This document shows, in pieces, positions 1-13,000 of a stretch of DNA of 64,000 bases. Source of the stretch: Octopus vulgaris. Taxonomy: Eukaryota. Position 1 is the stretch's first letter, and every line of letters starts with the position of its first letter. The stretch spans positions 88,164,001 through 88,228,000 of the forward strand of contig OX597820.1 in the NCBI GenBank assembly GCA_951406725.2, in the 5' to 3' direction. The position numbers were made by a program, and so were the translations under genes. The notes under the pieces were generated by a model. It did no database searches, was not told the origin of the DNA, and saw only the letters and a program-made list of their open reading frames with translations.

Positions 1-2583
1 ACTTAAAAACTTTTCGATAATAATAATAAAAAAACTAAATATTTTCAGGCGAAAAGGTGTGTGATTTAAGGGAGATGTGGTTGTTGTTTCTGGCACATTG
101 CACAACCACCATCATCCTTTCATTGACATTCTCACATATATTGATATTTTTCAATGTTTTTCTCTTCATAAACTCATTTTATGGTTTGATAATTGGGGAA
201 GTAACACGCGCGCGGTCCATTGCTGGATTATAAACACAAAAAGAAAAAAATTGTAACTAATTAAGTGTCCCTCCCAAACCAAGCGAGACCATGTGTATAC
301 AAGAAAAAAAAGGCATATTTACTAACAGAAAAGTATGCTATTAAAATAAATCATCTTTTACATATCTCTTTTTAAAATCACTGTGGATTCTAAGCAATGA
401 CCTCAGAAGTTTTTGCTTTAATAGCATAAATATGTTTATGGGGAGAAAAATACTGGAAAACATCAATACATGTGAAAGTGGCAAAGAAACGAGGGAGGTG
501 GTTTGTGCAATGTGTAAGAAACAACAACCAAATCTCCCTTAAATTACACACCTTTTCATCTGAAAATATTTACAATTTTGTTGTTTTTTTACTGAAAGGG
601 CTTCTCCCATGGCTTTCGAGCATGAAGTACCAGAAGAATTGGCCAAATCAGTCTGGGGGTAGAGAGGGTGTAAGGTGAAAAAAAAAAAAAAATTTCCAAA
701 ATTTCTTTTCATAGAACGATGCTCCCCATTATTATGAAGACCATGGTACAAAAAAGAAGAAGAAAAAAAGGGGGAAATTCCCCATCAAAACAGAAATTCC
801 AACTTATTTGGGCATCCTGATCTGAAACTCTGCCCAATATTCTTAAAGAAAATAAATACTATATATTCTTTTCTACTCTAGGCACAAGGCCCGAAATTTT
901 GGGAGAGGGGGCCAGTTGATTAGATGGACCCCAGTACACAACTAGTAATTAATTTATCGACCCTAAAAGGTAAAGTTGACCTCAGCAGAATTTGAACTCA
1001 GAACGTAAAGACAGACGAAATACCACTAAATATTTTGCGTGGTGTGCTAACGTTTCTTCTAGCTTGCTGCCTTGGTCAATACATACTGTCTATTGATTGC
1101 AGTGTACAAATAATGAAGGCCATTTCTTTTATGTTTTACAATATTACTTTATTGTCATATGCAAATTACTTAGAAGTGTTGTTTTTATTCATTAAAGTTT
1201 GTGAAATTAGGTCAGACAGTTGTGTAGAATGGATCTGGCTGTTAGCTAAATTTCTCATGAAGATCACCCTTCTGCCTTTGTTTAGTTTGTAATGCATTTT
1301 ATGCATTACAAAATGCATTTTATGATGGATAATATTAAAATGAATGAAGAAAGACAGTTTTTTCACCACAGTACGATAGATTTAAAAAGGATTTGATAGG
1401 CATATTAAAGGAGTTTGGCTCAAATATAAATACTACTACTAACCTAACAATAACAATTTCATGCATAAGTGATCACAATCATCATTTAACTCTTTAGCAT
1501 TTGTACTGGCTCTATCTGACCCAAATATTCTACCTCCTTCATGTTCAAACTGGTCAGATCCAGCCACTTACACCTATTTGACAATGTCATTCTTAAAATA
1601 AAGCTCTAGCATGACTGTGGCTGAAATGAATACAGGAATAATCTCACCATGAGAACACAAAAGAATGAATAAATATCTGTTGCACTTGACGGAATAATCT
1701 GAATGCTAAAATGTCATTGTCCACTTTTCCGTGCCAGCATAAGTCAGATGGAATTTGTGGAGGTGTATATTCTCTGGCCAGATGCTTCTCCTGTCACCAA
1801 CACTCACTTGTCTCCAGCTCAGGTAATATTTCCTCATGGAAAGACATTGTTTTCATGAAAACTTGGCAATGAAGGTCACTGCTCGTATGATGGTGAGATA
1901 TGTTTGCTACTATCAGGCAATGACAAGGCTACACATATACATACATGTATGTGTATATATATATATAAATCAAATGGAAATTGTAAAGATACCCATGCTG
2001 GTGGCATGTAAAAAGCACCATCCGAAAATTGCTGATGCCAGCGCCGCCTGACTGGCGTCCGTGTCGGTGACACGTAAAAAGCACCAACCAATCGTGGCTG
2101 TTTGCCACCCTTTCTGCCCCTGTGCCGGTAGCAAGTAAAAAGTACCCACTACACTCACGAAGTGGTTGGTGTTAGGAAGGGCATCCAGCTGTAGAAACAC
2201 TGCCAGATCAGACTGGTGCCTGGCACAGCCTCCTGGCTTCCCAGACCCCGGTTGAACCGTCGAACCCATGCTAGCATGGAAAACAGACGTTAAATGATGA
2301 TGATATATGTGTGTGTGTGTTTTTATGTTCAGTTTTAATAAAAACAATTTTACATTAGTCTCATGGGTTACTCTATACTTTTGTAGAGTACAAATTTATT
2401 ATCTTTATAAAAGAATGTTGTTGGCAGTGACTACAAAGGTTCGGCCAGTTAACCCATTATCGGATGATGGTTTAGCTGGCTGAAACTTTGAAGTCACTGT
2501 CAATATCATTCTTGTATAAGAATAATATATATGTGTGTGTATGTATGTGTGTGTGTGTGTGTATGTACGTACATACATACATA

Positions 2584-2778
2584 CAGAGGATGCTGAAAGT
2601 TCCTGGCTTTGGGTAAGAGAAAATATAGTAGGATCAGTCAATTCCCCTCTCACTTTCACTCACTTATTGCAGCTGTGCTTCAGTTGTTCTAAGCCCTGTG
2701 AAAGAAGTCGGAAGGTTGGGCCTCCAACCAGGCCTTTCATGATATCCTTAAAGCCAGGAACTTTTCAGTGCCCCCTCA
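2584..2778. mobile_element. Tc1/mariner-type MITE
   Basis: Inverted termini CTGAAAGTTCCTGGCTTT / AAAGCCAGGAACTTTTCAG next to TA. Confidence 0.7.
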
Positions 2779-3210
2779 TATATACACACACAAAACTGAC
2801 CTTGCCTGTGCTTGTGCCTCATAAAAAGCACTCAGTTCACTCTGCTGGGTGGTTGGTGCTAGGAAGGGCATCCAGTCACAAAAACCCTGCCAAACAGAGA
2901 GTCTGGTGCAGGCTCCTGTCACACTGTCCAACCCATGCCAGCATGGAAGGCAGGCATTAAATGAAGATGATGATATACATACGCACACGCTCAATGAGCT
3001 TCTTTCAGTTTCTGTCTATCAAACTCATGAGATTTTAGTCAGCCCAGGATTATAGTAGAAGATACTTGCCCAAAGTACCACACTGTAAAACCTACAACAC
3101 AGTCATTTATGCACCTTTCATATCAATGGCATCAAAAGTACTTGGCTATCAAAACATCACTAAAAAATAGCAAACTATGAACTTTGAATTTCTAGATTTA
3201 AAAAAAATAT

Positions 3211-3420
3211 TATGGAGATGTACTTGCATAGCAAGTGACCTGATCTGAGATCGTGTGCTGGACCAAAAACAATTGCAGCGTGGAAGGGGTTTATAAGCCT
3301 TTTAAGAAACACACAAAAACCGTTAGATTCACTTCAACATTTAAATTCAATTTGCCAAAAAATATTTTCGTCGCTTTGAGACCGCAACCTGTTCACTGAC
3401 AAAATTCCATGCTGCATCTG
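3211..3420 (-). mobile_element. Short interspersed repeat (second copy 37106-37294) carrying the variant hammerhead
   Basis: About 145 bp near-identical between 3211-3357 and 37106-37252. Confidence 0.75.
3351..3403 (-). ncRNA. Variant hammerhead motif with G3-C8 core
   Basis: TTTGTCA-GTGAACA-G-GTTGC..GCGAC-GAA-AATATT-T-(TT)-TGGCAAA. Confidence 0.55.
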
Positions 3421-3537
3421 AGAAAGTAACTGTTAGTTCATGATATATATGTACATATGTATGTGTGTGTGTATGTATGTATGTAAAAAACAAAATTATA
3501 TGTAAAAAATCTATTCCATCTTTTTGTCTGTTTTTAG

Positions 3538-3621
3538 TGGTCGATTGATGATAAACCTGTGAAAGTAGATAAATGGGATGGTACAGCTTTAAAGAATTCT
3601 CTGGATGATGCTGCAAAAAAG
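3538..3621 (+). CDS. SPCS2: SPCS2 internal coding exon (WSIDDKPVKVDKWDGTALKNSLDDAAKK)
   Basis: tttttag acceptor and gtatg donor; 84 nt, phase 0-0; matches the SPCS2/SPC25 motif IDDKPVKIDKWDGSAVKNSLDD. The upstream exon was not identified in the window. Confidence 0.95.
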
Positions 3622-5848
3622 GTATGTTTTGTCTGCTGCTCTTTTTATTTTGTCTATTTTTTAAAAAAATTTTCTGTGCTGGTGGCACGTAAAAAGCACC
3701 CTTCAAATGTTGGGCCTCACACAGGCAATGATAAGTGACTGAAATCTTTGGTGATACGGCATGCTTGAGAAGACCCATCAAGCCAAGCGAAATTATAGTT
3801 GTGGCCAATGCTGGTGTCACGTAACTGGCACCCATGTCAGTGGCACGTAAAAGGCACCCATTACACTCTTGGAGTTGTTGGCATTAAGAAGAGCATCCAG
3901 CCATAGAAACCATGCCAAATCAAATTGGAACCTGGTGCAGCCTTCCAGCTTACCAGTTTCACTCAAACCATCATTTAGCAGATGCTAAATGATGATGAGT
4001 TAGAGGAGGAAAAGCTGTGTCCATGACTTGTGTCAATGGTAGAAAGTTACCCTTGAATAAAAGGCCAGACCCATATGATTGCACTGGAGTGAATTTCTTA
4101 AAAGGTATTCAAGGGTGACATTGGAATATTGACCCTTTAGTATTCTGATTCTGTCAAATGCAATGCTTATTCATTCACATTATCTTAAAGCTTCAAGATA
4201 ACAATGATGTGATTATTTTTAGAATAACATTGTAGGGTAGGTGTGAGAGGCCAGATGTGGCTAGTTTGAACATAAAACTGGTAGAATATTTGTGCCGAAT
4301 ATGGCAGGTTTCAAATGTTGAAAAAGATTAAACTGGGCTATGGATTAAGTCTTCCACATGGAAGGCTTCCACACAGTTTCCATTTACAAAATTTTACTTG
4401 TAAAGCTTTAGTCAACCCAAGCTTATCATTTGCTCAAATTGCTCTACAATGAGATTGAACCTGGATCTACATGGTTGATCATTCCACTACCCACTACTTT
4501 TTGACTTATTTCCCTTCCAGTGCTGCTCCTGTATCTCTAATTGTATCCCTCTCTATGCTGCTATTTCCCTTCAGCTGCACCTTCACACTTGTTTATTACT
4601 CACTATATTCACCTCTTCTCCCATCTTGAACCATCTGTCACCCTCTCCTCATCCTCTTATGAAAATATCCTCCCTCTCATACCCACTGTCTATTCTCTCT
4701 TATGCTCACCCTTATGTACCTTGAGTGTTGACTTTAGCATACCATCACGACTTGCTTTTTATCTCCTTCAACAAAGTTTCTCCTATACAACAAGGCACCT
4801 GTGCTTATCCCTCCATTATACTTTAGTCTTTCAACACTTGGCATAATGTTACCTACCTCCACCTTCCCTTCTCAAATACTCCTTTTTTTAGTAGTGGGAG
4901 CTTTTTCTTGTTTCCTGTTCTTTTTCTGTCTTGAAAGTTTAAACAACAACATCACTAGTTCTGGTAGCATGAAAAAAAGCACCCAGTACACTCTGTAAAG
5001 TGGTTGGCATTAGGAAGGACGTTGAGCTATAGAAACCATGCCAAAGCTGACGCTGAAGCTTGACGTATGGTTTTGCAGCTTGCTGGATCTTGTCAAACCG
5101 TCCAACCCATGTCTGCATGGAAAATCGACATTAAATGACAATGGTGAAAACAGCCATACCTGCTTGCCCTTCATACTTTGAAGAGCTTGAAGTAACAACA
5201 AAGGGAAAAAAATGCTTACAAAAATAGGAATGGTAATTTAGAGGCCACATTGTTTAAGAGTGTTGTAGTTCATTTGAAGCATTGTAGTGCAGAAGTAGAA
5301 AATGAAAGAAAAGGGAAATAGAGAAAGTGCTTAACAATGCAGAAAATTTTACAAAAGCTTTTATACTCTTGTATTTCAAGTGCAAAGACCTATCTTCAGA
5401 AGGAAGCAGTTCAAATAATGTGTATAACAAAATTGATTTCATTTTATCTTATTTTATCTTAAATTGCAGTTTAAAATACAAATTCAATGTAAATACACAT
5501 TTCTTGGACTACTTCCTTTGTAACTAAGATATAAAGGTTTTTTTTTTTTTTGTAAAACTTTCTACATTGTCAGCTTTTATTTTCCTTTTTTTTTTCATTT
5601 TCTATTTCTTGTTTATTAATTTTAAAATGTTTTAGGAAAATTATATCACCTTTTGCAAGTCTCTATCAGCATCATGTGAAATAGATGTCAACAGAAATTT
5701 TAAAAATTACAATAATCCTAATTTATAAATAAAATATACCTTTTTAAAGTATTGTACTTTTGTGTATCTTTCTTCATTTTCAGCATGTCTGATTTGTATT
5801 CATAAGTACATAGTCATTTTTGTTTCTTTTTTTTTCTTTTTATTCTAG

Positions 5849-6009
5849 GTTCTTGTTGAGAAAATGGGATTTGTTGAAAGCCACAAGTTGATGGATGGAC
5901 GTCTAGCTATCTGTACAGTTGCAGTCGGATTTGCAATGTTTGCACTCATTTGGGATTATTTGAAACCTTTCCCAAACTCTCGGCCTGTTCTCATTGTCTG
6001 TGTTCTCTC
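5849..6009 (+). CDS. SPCS2: SPCS2 exon with TM segments (VLVEKMGFVESHKLMDGRLAICTVAVGFAMFALIWDYLKPFPNSRPVLIVCVLS)
   Basis: ttctag acceptor; ends at a GTATCCTTT (U12) donor, phase 2; homologous to SPCS2 DGRLTIC..ALIWDY..PFP. Confidence 0.95.
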
Positions 6010-8299
6010 GTATCCTTTACTACAAAGTGGTCTTTATCGCCACACTTACACATAAATGCAGTGATAAACACACACACACACACACACACATATGTAGGGG
6101 AACATGTGGAAGGGATAGTCTCAGGAAGATGTAGGATGAAGTGGTGAGAAAGGATCTACGAATTTTGGGACTCACAGAGGAGATGACAGGGGACTGAGAC
6201 TCCTGGCGGTTTACTGTGCTTGAAAAGAAAGACCAAGCTAAGTAAAAGTGTGATTACCCTTGTGTCCAGGTTCGTCCCTTGCAATTCACTCCAGTTGAGT
6301 ATCCCTAATCTTGCGGGCTTGTAAGTGCTGGTGCCACATAAAATGTACCCATGCTGGTGCTGTGTAAAAGCATCCAGTACACTCTGTAAAGTGATTGGTG
6401 TTAGGAAGGGCATCCAGCCATAGAAACCATGCCAAAACAGACATGGAGCCTGGATTGCCCTTCAGTTGGTCAGCTTCTGTCAAACCATCCAACCCATGCC
6501 AGCATGGAAAAATGGACATTAAACGATGGTGATGATGATGATATATATATATACTTTTAATTAAAGTCAAGAAAATATTAAGCTTTAAGAACAAGCACAT
6601 TACTCTGCCTTCAGTATTCGAGTACTATTATTTTTTACCTTCTTTTGCATCTATGTGCTTACTTGTGTGTATATATATATAATTAAGAAAAGAAAATTGA
6701 GAGGTAATGGTTAATAACTAATTTATTAACAAATTGATAATCATTCCTACAATTGTTTCAATTTATACTCAACTAGCAGTAATACCTGTCGTTGATCGGG
6801 TAATTACTTTTACTGTTTCTCAGGCTGAGAAGCTAGAAAAACGGGTATATCATATAGAAGAATAGCTTTACAGAATCCATTTGACTGCGATGGCACTGAA
6901 AAGGCTGCAGGTTAAGTGGAACATCATTTAGTAGGAATATCAGTAATAGTCAAATGAAATTACAAATGCTGTGTCAGTGTGCAATTAGTGTTGTACTATT
7001 GCATAATTTTTGTCAGAACAAATTAGGCAATAGCACAATAGATAAAGAAAAAGCATTGCATGTCATGCATTTGTGTGGTGTTCATTTTTTGATAGTCTTT
7101 TATTAGTAGACATTTTTTTGATTAGGAATATCAGTAAGTAATAATGAAATGAAATTACAAATGCTGTTTTCAGAAATGTGTTTGCAAAGTAAGACCAACC
7201 AAAGCCTTATGGGTGGATTTGGTTGATAGAAACTGAAAGAAGCCCTAAAGTGTGTGTGTGTGTTTGTGTGCACCCATGTCTTGATGTCACTGAATGGTTG
7301 TAAACCAGTCTTCCATAAAACTTGTCTGGCCATGGGAAAATATTACTTTTTTGGAAACAGTTGGGGGTTGATAGCAAAAGAAAGGGCATCCAGTTGTAGA
7401 AAATCTGCTTCAACAAATTCCACCTGATCCTTACAAGCATGAAAAAAGTGGATGTTAAAACAATGGGGTGTGTGCGTTTTACGTAGTTTGAATATTTTAT
7501 TTGAGAGAAAACTGATGATCTCTCTACTCACCCCTTATTTCCTTGAGAGCTCCCAATGCTCCCAATGGGGTACTACTATCCTCAGGCTAAGAACCACTGG
7601 TTTAGCTATTTCAGCCTGTAATGACATGCATAAGATCTGGTCGTCAAATCTAAGTAGAGACTTCAAACTTGAAATATTCAAAGCCACAGTCGAACCAATT
7701 CTACTATATGGCTCAGAAACCTGGACGTTATCAAAGAAGCTTGAGAGGCGGTGGGATGGAACCTACACTCGCCTCCTTATGAGAGCTCAAAATCTCTCGT
7801 GGAAGCGCCATCCAACCAAAAAGCAAATATATGGGAAACTACCACCTGTGTCATCTCTTGTGAAAGGTAGGAGAGTCCAGTTTGCTGGACATTGTTGTAG
7901 AGCTGAAAAAGAAGTAATTTCTACTCTTCTCCTCTGGAAGCCATCTACTCGCAATACCAGAGGGCACACACTCTCCTACCCTGATGTAATCTCCAGGGAT
8001 ACAGGCATCCAGCAACAGGACCTCTGTAATGCCATGATGGACCGTGAAGTCTGGCGTAGCATGGTAAATTCCATTGTCTCGACCACGGTCGAACAATGAT
8101 GATGATGATGAGCTATTTCTACTACACTAAAACAGATTTATTATGAATATGTCATTAAAATTGTGTGCTATTAATAAATAGTTCTTTCTTATCTATAATT
8201 TCTTCTTCCAGTATGCCATTCTTTATTTGACACTATTAAAATGTGAAAATATTGAAGCTCCAATTTGTCTCTCTTATCGTATCCTTATCTGAAATATAG
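6010..8299 (+). other. U12-type (minor spliceosome) GT-AG intron of SPCS2
   Basis: 5' site GTATCCTTT at 6010; branch-like ATCCTTATC at 8281-8289 just before the AG at 8298-8299; no polypyrimidine tract; splicing restores the frame (TC|A = Ser). Confidence 0.9.
7585..8110 (+). mobile_element. 5'-truncated RTE-clade LINE (post-RT C-terminus) inside the U12 intron
   Basis: ORF with KLEIFKATVEPILLYGSETWTL...FAGHC.R; (GAT)n tail. Confidence 0.85.
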
Positions 8300-8434
8300 A
8301 TATTTTTTCTTGATGGCTATTCTCACACTTTACACATCTTACAAAGAGAAAGGAATATTTCTCGTGGCACTACAGAAAGATCCTGCCGGTGTTGATCCGG
8401 ATAATGTGTTAACCATTTCATCTTATCTCAAAAA
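8300..8434 (+). CDS. SPCS2: SPCS2 exon ([44 protein letters not shown])
   Basis: 135 nt, phase 2-2, gttagt donor; conserved YTSYKEK.IFLVA..KDP.G.DPD motif. Confidence 0.95.
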
Positions 8435-8898
8435 GTTAGTGTGTTGTTATTTTAATACATTTCCTAATGTCATAGGATCTCTTGTTAATGTTAATGTCTT
8501 ATCTATCTGTGTGTTAAATTAACGTTATTGTTTTGAAGCAAGTTTAATAATAACATTGGAATATTTACTGATAGGAGGACTCAATACTGAAAGAGTCAAA
8601 TTTATAAAATCCATATTGACTTGGATTTCAGTTTCACCTTACTGCTTATTTCAGCACTCGTCAACAATTATTTTATGACATTTATATAATAAATTATATA
8701 TATATATGCACATACATACATTGAGTACACAAAGGCGCAGGAGTGGCTGTGTGGTAAGAAGCTTGCTTACTGACCGCATGGTTCTGGGTTCAGTCCCACT
8801 GCATGGCACCTTGGGCAAGTGTCTTCTACTATAACCTCGGGCCAACCAAAGCCTTGTGAATGGATTTGGTTGACGGAAACTGAAAGAAACCCGTCATA

Positions 8899-8937
<39 letters not shown>

Positions 8938-8938
<1 letters not shown>

Positions 8939-9631
8939 TGAGGCCGACACAGCCGACCTCATCTGGCACCTGTGTCGGTGGCACATAAAAACACCATCCG
9001 AAGACCCGGCAAGACTAGTCAGGCCATAACCCGTGGCCCCTACCTGGGACGTAGTCAGTCCACCTGTGCATACCTTCCTTCTTGTGACACTTGTGAAGAC
9101 CTGTTGAGGCAAGTGAAAATCAAATCAAATCAAAACAAATCAAAATAGATGAACATCAATGGAATTTGTATCTTTGTGGTACCAGTGCCGGTGGCACACA
9201 AGAAAATCATCCGAATGTGGCCGTAGCCAGTACCGCATAGACTGGCCTCCGTGCTTTGGGGACGTAACAAACACCATCCGATCGTGGCCGTCCGCCAGCC
9301 TCATCTGGCACCTGTGTCGGTGGCACATAAAAACACCATCCGAGCGTGGCCGTCTGCCAGCCTCGTCTGGCACCTGTGTCGGTGGCACATAAAAACACCA
9401 TCCGAGCGTGGCCGTTCGCCAGCCTCGTCTGGCACCTGTGTCGGTGGCACATAAAATCACCCACTACACTCTCGGAGTGGTTGGCGTTAGGAAGGGCATC
9501 CAGCTGTAGAAACACTGCCAGATCTGACTGGCCTGGTGCAGCCTTCGGGCTCCCCAGACCCCAGTTGAACCGTCCAACCCATGCTAGCATGGAAAACGGA
9601 CGCTAAATGATGATGATGATGATGATGATGA
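8938..9631 (+). mobile_element. RTE-LINE 3' UTR-type repeat with ~62-bp internal tandem units (about 15-20 copies in the window)
   Basis: GTTAGGAAGGGCATCCAGC..CCAACCCATGCTAGCATGGAAA and (TGA)n tail; linked to an RTE ORF end (DLWRYAVLGKT) at ~27433-27545. Confidence 0.8.
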
Positions 9632-9834
9632 TATATATATATATGTTTGTGTGTCTATGTTATGGGTTGGATAAAGAGGGACTTGGCCAGACAGATTTGC
9701 CATAGGAAAATCTTTTAATGTGTTTTGTGGCCAAAGAACTTCTTGAAATATTTGTATTATGGTATTAATTAAGGTTTTTTTCTTCTTCTTCATAATGAAC
9801 TGCTCATTTCACTGATTCCTTGTTTGTCTTACAG

Positions 9835-10018
9835 ATATGACGATGTATACCAACTCATGGTTGATTATGAAAATGGTGTAAAAGGTTCCTCCAGGTCAGG
9901 AACCCTAAAGCATTCTGTGGCGAAATATTTTGATGAAAATGGTGTTCTATGTTACAATATTTACAAATCTGAATTGAAAAATCTCATTGACAAATTACTT
10001 AATAAAAAAGATGACTGA
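9835..10018 (+). CDS. SPCS2: SPCS2 last coding exon (YDDVYQL...SVAKYFDENG...KKDD*)
   Basis: cttacag acceptor, frame continuous, TGA at 10016-10018. Confidence 0.93.
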
Positions 10019-10087
10019 TTCTTTTACTAATTATTTTCTTCATTCACTTCTTGAAATTGTAAAGTTTGACATTGGTGAAATGAGAGA

Positions 10088-10093
10088 AATAAA
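10088..10093 (+). promoter_or_regulatory. Probable SPCS2 polyadenylation signal AATAAA
   Basis: 70 nt after the stop codon, followed by GT/T-rich sequence. Confidence 0.6.
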
Positions 10094-13000
10094 TGTGAAA
10101 TTACAGCTGTTGTTTATATTTTAGTGTTATTTCTTTCAAATTGAACTTGATTGATCATCATCACCCATGTTTAACGTCTGATTTCCATGCTGACATGGGT
10201 TGGACGGTTTGACAGAAGCTGAAGGACTGTTCAGGCTCCACGACTATTTTGGTTTGGTTTCTATGGCTGTATGCCCTTCCTGATGCCAACCACTTGACAG
10301 AATGTACTGGATGTTTTTACACAGCACCAGTACAGGTGCTTTTTATGTGGACACAAGATTAGGAATGCTCAGCTGGAGAGGGTTGCAAGGGATGAGCCTG
10401 GACACAAGGCCAACCACACTTTCACTTAGCTTGGCATTTCTTTTCAAGCATGGCAAACCACCAGGTGTCTTGGTCCCTAGTCATTCCCTCTGTGAGTCCC
10501 AATGTCTGGAGATCCTTTTTCACCACTTCATCCCATAAAATATGATCTTACAGTATAAAAGGGTCTGAGCAGAACAGATTTCTAATTAAAACAAAGCTGA
10601 CATTGGAGCTCATTGAAATCCTTATACCCATTTGATCCTGTCAGACCATCCAACCCATGCCAACATGCAACATGGATGTTAAACCTTTGGAGACGGAGCC
10701 TCATTTGTAGTTTCAGTGCCAAGAAGACGGAACCCTTTTCACAAGCCCTACAGAGGGTATGCTCATATTTTTCAAAAAAAAATTATAAAAAATAAAGTAA
10801 TTACTTTACATAAATAAAACTATATATATTCTTGTAGGAAACTGAATGAACTAATACAATTTTCTTTGTTATCTAAGAGTTAAGTTATCATCATCATCAT
10901 TTAGTGTCTGTTGTCCATGCTGGCATGGGTTGGATGGTTTGACCAGAGCTGGAAGGCTGCACCAGACTCCAGTCTGATTTGGCATGGTTTTTACAGCTGG
11001 ATGCCGTTCCTAATACCAACCACTCTGAGAGTGTATTGGGTGCTTTTACGTGCCACCAGCATGGGTGTCAGATGCATGACACCAATATCTGCCATGACTA
11101 TGATTTCACTTGGTTTGATGGGTCTTCTCAAGTACAGCATATTGCCAAAGGTCTCGGTCATTTGTCATTACCTCTGTAAGGCCCAGCACTTGAAAGGTGC
11201 TAGTTACGCAACACCAACATTGCCTCAAGCAGGAAAACAGAACTCTGCTCCTTTTGGGAAAATGGCCCTAGTTGATATTTTCTACTTACACCTTTTAAGT
11301 TGTAGATAGAATTCCATAGGGTGTGCACAATCAAAAACAAAATACAGGTAAGCAGATGTGCAGGAGCATTAGATGTTAAGAACGCAAGGGAAAACATTTT
11401 CTTGAATGTTTAGGATGGTCCTTAGAGGGTAGTAGATAGTTTCTTATTTCTTTACTGTCCACAAGGGGCTACACACAGAGGGGACAAACAGATTAAGTCA
11501 ATTATATCGACCCCAATGCATAACTGGTACTTATTTAATAGACCCCGACAGGGTGAAAGGCAAAGTCGACCTCGGCAGAATTTGAACTCAGAATGTTGCG
11601 GTAGACGAAAAACCGCTAAGCATTTCGCTCGGCGTGCTAACATTTCTGCTGGCTCACTGCCTTTAGTAGATAGTTTCTGTTAATGTTTCTCCTAGCTTGC
11701 TGCCTTTAGTAGATAGTTTCTGTTACCTGAGTAACTTAATTAGCAAATATGGCTGCTTGAATAAGAACAAGATGGGGAAAGTTCAGATAGTTGTTACTTC
11801 TGTTGGCAACAAAAGGTCTCTTCTTCAGTGATGCTTGTGTGTGAACAACGTTAAATGCAGTGGATGTATGCATCCTAGAAAGGAATAAAGCTCGCATGTT
11901 CTGTTGGATATGCAATCTCAGTGTCCATGTATGACAATGTAAATGTCTTGTGAGAAAAATTAGGTATAATAGCAATCAGATACAGCATGCAAGAGAAGAC
12001 TGCTGGTTCAGTTATATGATGTACATGGATACAGATGGTTGTATGGATGGAAGCACTCCGTCGGTTACGACGAGGGTTCCGGTTGATCCGATCAATGGAA
12101 CAGCCTGCTCGTGAAATTAACGTGTAAGTGGCTGAGCACTCCACAGACACGTGTACCCTTAACGTAGTTCTCGGGGATATTCAGCGTGACACAGAGAGTG
12201 ACAAGGCCGGCCCTTTGAAATACAGGTACAACAGAAACAGGAAGTAAGAGTGAGAGAAAGTTGTGGTGAAAGAGTACAGCAGGGATCACCACCATCCCTG
12301 CCGGAGCCTCATGAGATGGTTGTATAAAGAAGTGCTAATTGCATAAAGTAGATGGTATTTGCATAAGCGGAAGACATTGGACAAGGTCATGAAGGCTGGT
12401 TTCAAGATGTCGAACTTCATGGAGGAGATGACAAATGACCCTGAAATGATAGGCATTTTGCTATGCTTGAGAAAACCTGTCCATCACAGTTCTGAAACGT
12501 GTTTATGTCTATACACACTGGGCTTTGTACTTAATCTGTCCATCAAGCCTTTCTTATCTCTCATCTTCCTGACACTTATCTCTTCTAATTATGGCACTGT
12601 TCAGCTATTGTAATCATATGAGAGGTAGAACCACACATCTCATCCTTTTCTATGTTATTAATGGTATCCATCCTATTTGAATGTCCAGTGCTATATCACC
12701 CATTGTATCTTTTCTCTTTTAAAGATGAGGGAGGCTTTGCTGCCATTTCTAGCAGGTTCAGCAACCACATAAATGTTTTCTTTGCTACATTGGAGTATTC
12801 TTGTGCTTAATAGTTGGTACTGTTTTGAGCACTGCTACTATCACTCACTTTCTGCCTTATATCACCTCTTTTTATTGCTATCCATGCACTCTTTTTCTCC
12901 TCTACATTACTATCTACTCTATCACTCATCATTGGTATACATCACTCTCTTCCATTACTTCTTCAGTCATATTGTCTCCTTTTTCTGTTGTGCCAGCCAT

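Noticed and set aside
1-3537. SPCS2 first exon or promoter
   Set aside because: No ATG exon with a phase-0 donor and SPCS2 similarity was recognised; it probably lies upstream of the window.
6740-6830. Possible hammerhead on the minus strand (GAAACAATTGTA half-core)
   Set aside because: The 3' half fits, but the 5' core reads CTGAGAA and no stem II or stem I closes; at best a decayed remnant.
9270-9460. Regular ~62-bp repeats resembling a CRISPR array
   Set aside because: The units are contiguous tandem copies with no unique spacers, inside a eukaryotic retroelement 3' UTR, and there are no cas genes.
12092-12295. Recurring ORF MVVIPAVLFHHNFLS (also at 46032 and 53521)
   Set aside because: It recurs only because it lies in young SINE copies; there is no evidence it is coding.
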